In this document: positions 60,800-64,000 of the stretch, one piece after another | Position numbering within the stretch: the first letter of the stretch is position 1 | How the letters are laid out: each line of letters opens with the position of its first letter | Origin: Podarcis liolepis | Lineage: Eukaryota | DNA: 64,000 nt | Assembly (NCBI GenBank): GCA_965112155.1 | Contig: OZ218101.1 | Reading direction: 5' to 3' (one strand) | The notes under the pieces: generated by a model | The model's input: the letters and a program-made list of their open reading frames with translations, nothing else | What the model was told of the DNA's origin: nothing | Databases searched by the model: none | Position numbers and translations under genes: made by a program

Positions 60800-61796
60800 C
60801 TGAAACAAGAAAACAAAGAGCAATGTTACTTTTCTAGTAAGTACAGTAACTTTTGTTCCAGGAGGCTGCTTTGCTGTATTTCTAAGAATATTGTTACCTG
60901 CATTATACTACTGCTCTTGCATAAGGAACGATGCATGTCTGAGACCTAGAAGCTGTAAGTAAAGCATTTTAAACTTACTTTGCAGTCTGTAGGGTTTCAC
61001 TGAAAAAGTGGCAAAATGGGGGTCAGCTGCTTCACGCAGCTGAATGGAGTTAAAGAAGGTTTAATAACCTATTCCTATGCTTCATTAATATGCATAATGA
61101 CTGGGTTTAATACTCTGCTACTGGTGCTCTCTATGTGCTAGCCCCATGTTTTAAAAAACAGGCACCAGTTTCCTTTTAACCCACACATGGGGGTACCTAG
61201 AGGATTAACTATAATTAATACCTTCTCTTAACAATTCCCATCATTTGCAAGATAAGCACATACTGATTACTGGTGTTACAGCACTAATATCTCTTTGACC
61301 ACAAGTGCAGACCACCTGTGGTCAAAATAATACAAGAGTGTGAAAGGAGGCGGCTTCAGCAAATATTCCTTGATAGCTAGAAAAAAGAGCCTGGGCAGAA
61401 GAGTTAGAGCACCTATCTCTGATCATGATAACTCCAGTTTGTGTGTGTGTACCTTCCCCTCCATACAAGTGTCTTGCCATTTTTTTATTGTCTCTAACTT
61501 CAGGGGAACCAGTGGCAGAGAGGACTTCCTAGACAAAGAAAAGAAAAGCCCTTAATTCATCTAGACACTCCTGAGCATGCTCAAGAGGGTCATGTCATGC
61601 CAGTATGAATGGAAAAGTTTTAGTTTGCTATGCCTCCCAATTCAATTAAGTGAAAACAAAAAAATCATTTTACTCTCACTAACTTAAAACCTATTTAAAG
61701 CTCCTGTCCTCCATCAGTTTGGTACACACCTGTGTATCTATTTCATGGAAGTTCTTTTAATGTTTCTGTTCACTTGAACTTTTTTTTCCACCTTAC

Positions 61797-61894
61797 CTGA
61801 GAAGCGGCAGGTTGGCTAGATCTCTGCAAGTCCTCCTGCATAGTGGGACTTCTTTGCAGGGAGGGAGAGTATGGGATGAGCTTTGCTCTTGTGG
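61797..61894 (-). CDS. NPAS2: NPAS2 exon (human exon 14 equivalent)
   Basis: atag|(S)TRAKLIPYSPSLQRSPTMQEDLQRSSQPAASQ|gtaagg; 98 nt, phase 1-0. Confidence 0.82.
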
Positions 61895-62336
61895 CTATAA
61901 AATAACATTTACCATTTAGAACAGAGTTGTTAAAAGTTTCTATTAATGTATACAAAAAGACTGGATCACTGGAATGGCAATAAAGGAAGTTGACTATAGA
62001 ACAAAACCACCAGCTTTTGTCAGCCTGCACCCTCTAGTTCTGGACTACAGCTCTGGCTGGAGCAGAAGGGAGTTGATGTTGTAACCCACTCTGAAATTGC
62101 ACTCCAGTAACTAGCAGGTAGTAAATGTTTCAAATAAGACAATGCCCTGTTGTGTTAGAATTATCCTTTCTGTTGGTCATGCTCCATGCGTGCAGGCCTG
62201 CGTTACTCTTTCCACACCATTCTGGCTTATACTGGCAGTATAACAGTATAAAATTATCAGTTTCAAAGTAGCATCTGCATAGAGACCACATCTGAAGGGC
62301 GGTATACAAATTTAATAAATAATAACAACAACTTAC

Positions 62337-62478
62337 ATGCTGTGTCAGGCAAGGATGTAGGCAAAGATTTGTGTGAGCCCTGAGAGGATACAGAAAGAGT
62401 CCGACTGGTGTCGAGGATTGACGTGCCTAATTCAAGAGCGTTAAAGTGCTGTTGAGGATCCAGTTCTGATCCACTGTC
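62337..62478 (-). CDS. NPAS2: NPAS2 exon (human exon 13 equivalent)
   Basis: taag|DSGSELDPQQHFNALELGTSILDTSRTLSVSSQGSHKSLPTSLPDTA|gtaagt; 142 nt. Confidence 0.93.
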
Positions 62479-62726
62479 CTTAAAAAACAAAGCAAACATC
62501 CTAAACGTTTTTGAAAGTTTCGAACTTACAAATGAATTTGGTTATAAATCATCTGGGTTTATTGAGGGAGAGGTCTTTTTTCGGTATCAGCACAACCCTA
62601 TATACACATTTACTCAGAAGTAAGCGCCTTTGTGTTCGATGGGAACAGCTCCCTAGAAATTCCCAGTGAGCTCAACTGTTCATTGGGACAGAATACTGCA
62701 ACCATGTTTCTCTGCTTCTCAAAGAA

Positions 62727-63172
62727 TAGCACTGGCTGCCAACTAGCTACCAGGCTAAATTGAAGGTGCTGTTACTGGTGTACAATGCCCTATGCAGCTT
62801 GGAACAAGGATACATAAAAGATTGCCTCAACCTGTGCAGGACAGCATTGCATAGATGCAATTTCATCAGGTGGTCTGTACCATACAATGTCTGAATCATG
62901 CCTTTAATGTGGCAGCACCAGGCCTTTGAAACTCCCTGCTATTACATATTACCAATGTGTCTTGTCTATTGTCTTTTCAGAGCCTACTGAAGACCTTCCT
63001 TTCCCCACAAGCCTTTTGTGTGGAGCTGCTTATCCAAGTACTGGATTTGAAACTGTTTTTAGTGTATCTTTTAGGATTTTATGTCTTCATTGTTAATTGA
63101 TTTGAGATTGTTTCACATGAAGTGATTCATCAATTGAATTAACAACAACAACAATAATAGCAATAACAATAA
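62727..63172 (+). mobile_element. Old L2 LINE 3' fragment
   Basis: Degenerate HWLP...KVLLLVYNAL...AF.VAAP.L.NSLL motifs; (AAC/AAT)n tail. Confidence 0.7.
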
Positions 63173-64000
63173 TGTGTGTCTAGAATTGCAGTTTTAACTC
63201 CATGTATTAAATGGTTAAAGTGCACCCATTTTTTACTGTCTTCAGTATGCAATACAGCGTTAAACGTCACATCTAGCCTGGCCTTTTGTATCCACGTTTC
63301 TGAGCAACAGAAGCTTCAAGTAGTTTTCTGTAAGATACTCATAAAAGACTCAGTTATTAACTTCATTAAGCAGTGAAAATCACAAGAACTCAGTCCTTAG
63401 ATGCAGCTACTGTATAATCTGCTTTAATAGGCAGGAAGCTATGTACTTAGGAATGAGCCCAGGCCAATCCCCAGAGAACTTCAAAAGAAATGATTCTTAA
63501 TTCTTGGCTTATAATGCATCTGCCTTTCATTGCCTGCTTCTTCCTATATGCTCTAGTATCAAATTCGCATATTCTTTCAATTTTATACTCAACCATGAGA
63601 TTATGTGGGCAGGGGGTTTGCTTGTCTGTCACCTCCCGTGATTGGTCCTTCAAAAATCAAAAGAGGTATGCATTTGTACAACTGCAGTGACCTTTGTATT
63701 GACACAGGGATTGAAAAAAATTGCATGCAAAAATTGCATGCATCCACACGCAACCAATCAAGAACACCCTCAACACAAATCAGGTGGAAAGTAGGCTTAT
63801 CTGAGATTACTCATCGCCTTATAAACTAAGGGACAGTGAACCTAGCAGGCAGTGACCATAGTGAGGAACAGGCAATGGAAGACATAAAGAAAACCCCAGG
63901 TCCATCTATATGGGACAATATTAGTGATCAAATCAATACACATTATTACCATCTGAACACAGTAGCTAAAGTCACCCTAGGTGTCTTACCCTTTTCATTT

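Noticed and set aside
63984-64000. Possible end of the preceding NPAS2 exon (…atgaaaagg|gtaaga on the - strand)
   Set aside because: Only 11 nt are visible and they do not clearly match the expected peptide, so it cannot be confirmed within this window.

Overview
Eukaryotic (vertebrate) genomic DNA, most likely from a squamate and probably a lacertid lizard. That assignment is an inference from the Sauria SINE, Bov-B, CR1, L2 and Penelope content. The window holds the conserved NPAS2-RPL31-TBC1D8 block. TBC1D8 (+): 19 coding exons from 10469 to the stop at 38290, all GT-AG with consistent phases; its first exon lies upstream of the window. RPL31 (-): complete, with a 5'TOP first exon near 45243-45270 in a CpG island and four coding exons giving 125 aa, tail-to-tail with TBC1D8. 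NPAS2 (-): the last 8 recognisable coding exons (62478 to stop at 49291) plus its 3'UTR; the bHLH-PAS exons lie beyond the window. Introns are dense with SINEs, LINE fragments and DNA-transposon MITEs. Most ORFs in the supplied track are spurious or are exon/TE fragments. I found no prokaryote-style system. The most unusual observations are: (1) a decayed DNA-level copy of TBC1D8 exon 8 plus its downstream intron inside RPL31 intron 1; (2) an apparently decayed or replaced NPAS2 exon, with a 90-nt candidate carrying an in-frame TGA; (3) a Penelope-like insertion with a minimal hammerhead ribozyme motif; (4) a 152-bp near-perfect direct repeat around a 341-bp A-tailed insert; (5) a duplicated exon end giving tandem in-frame splice donors in TBC1D8 exon 2. 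Exon numbers follow the human genes from memory. Coordinates were counted by hand, and TE edges are approximate.
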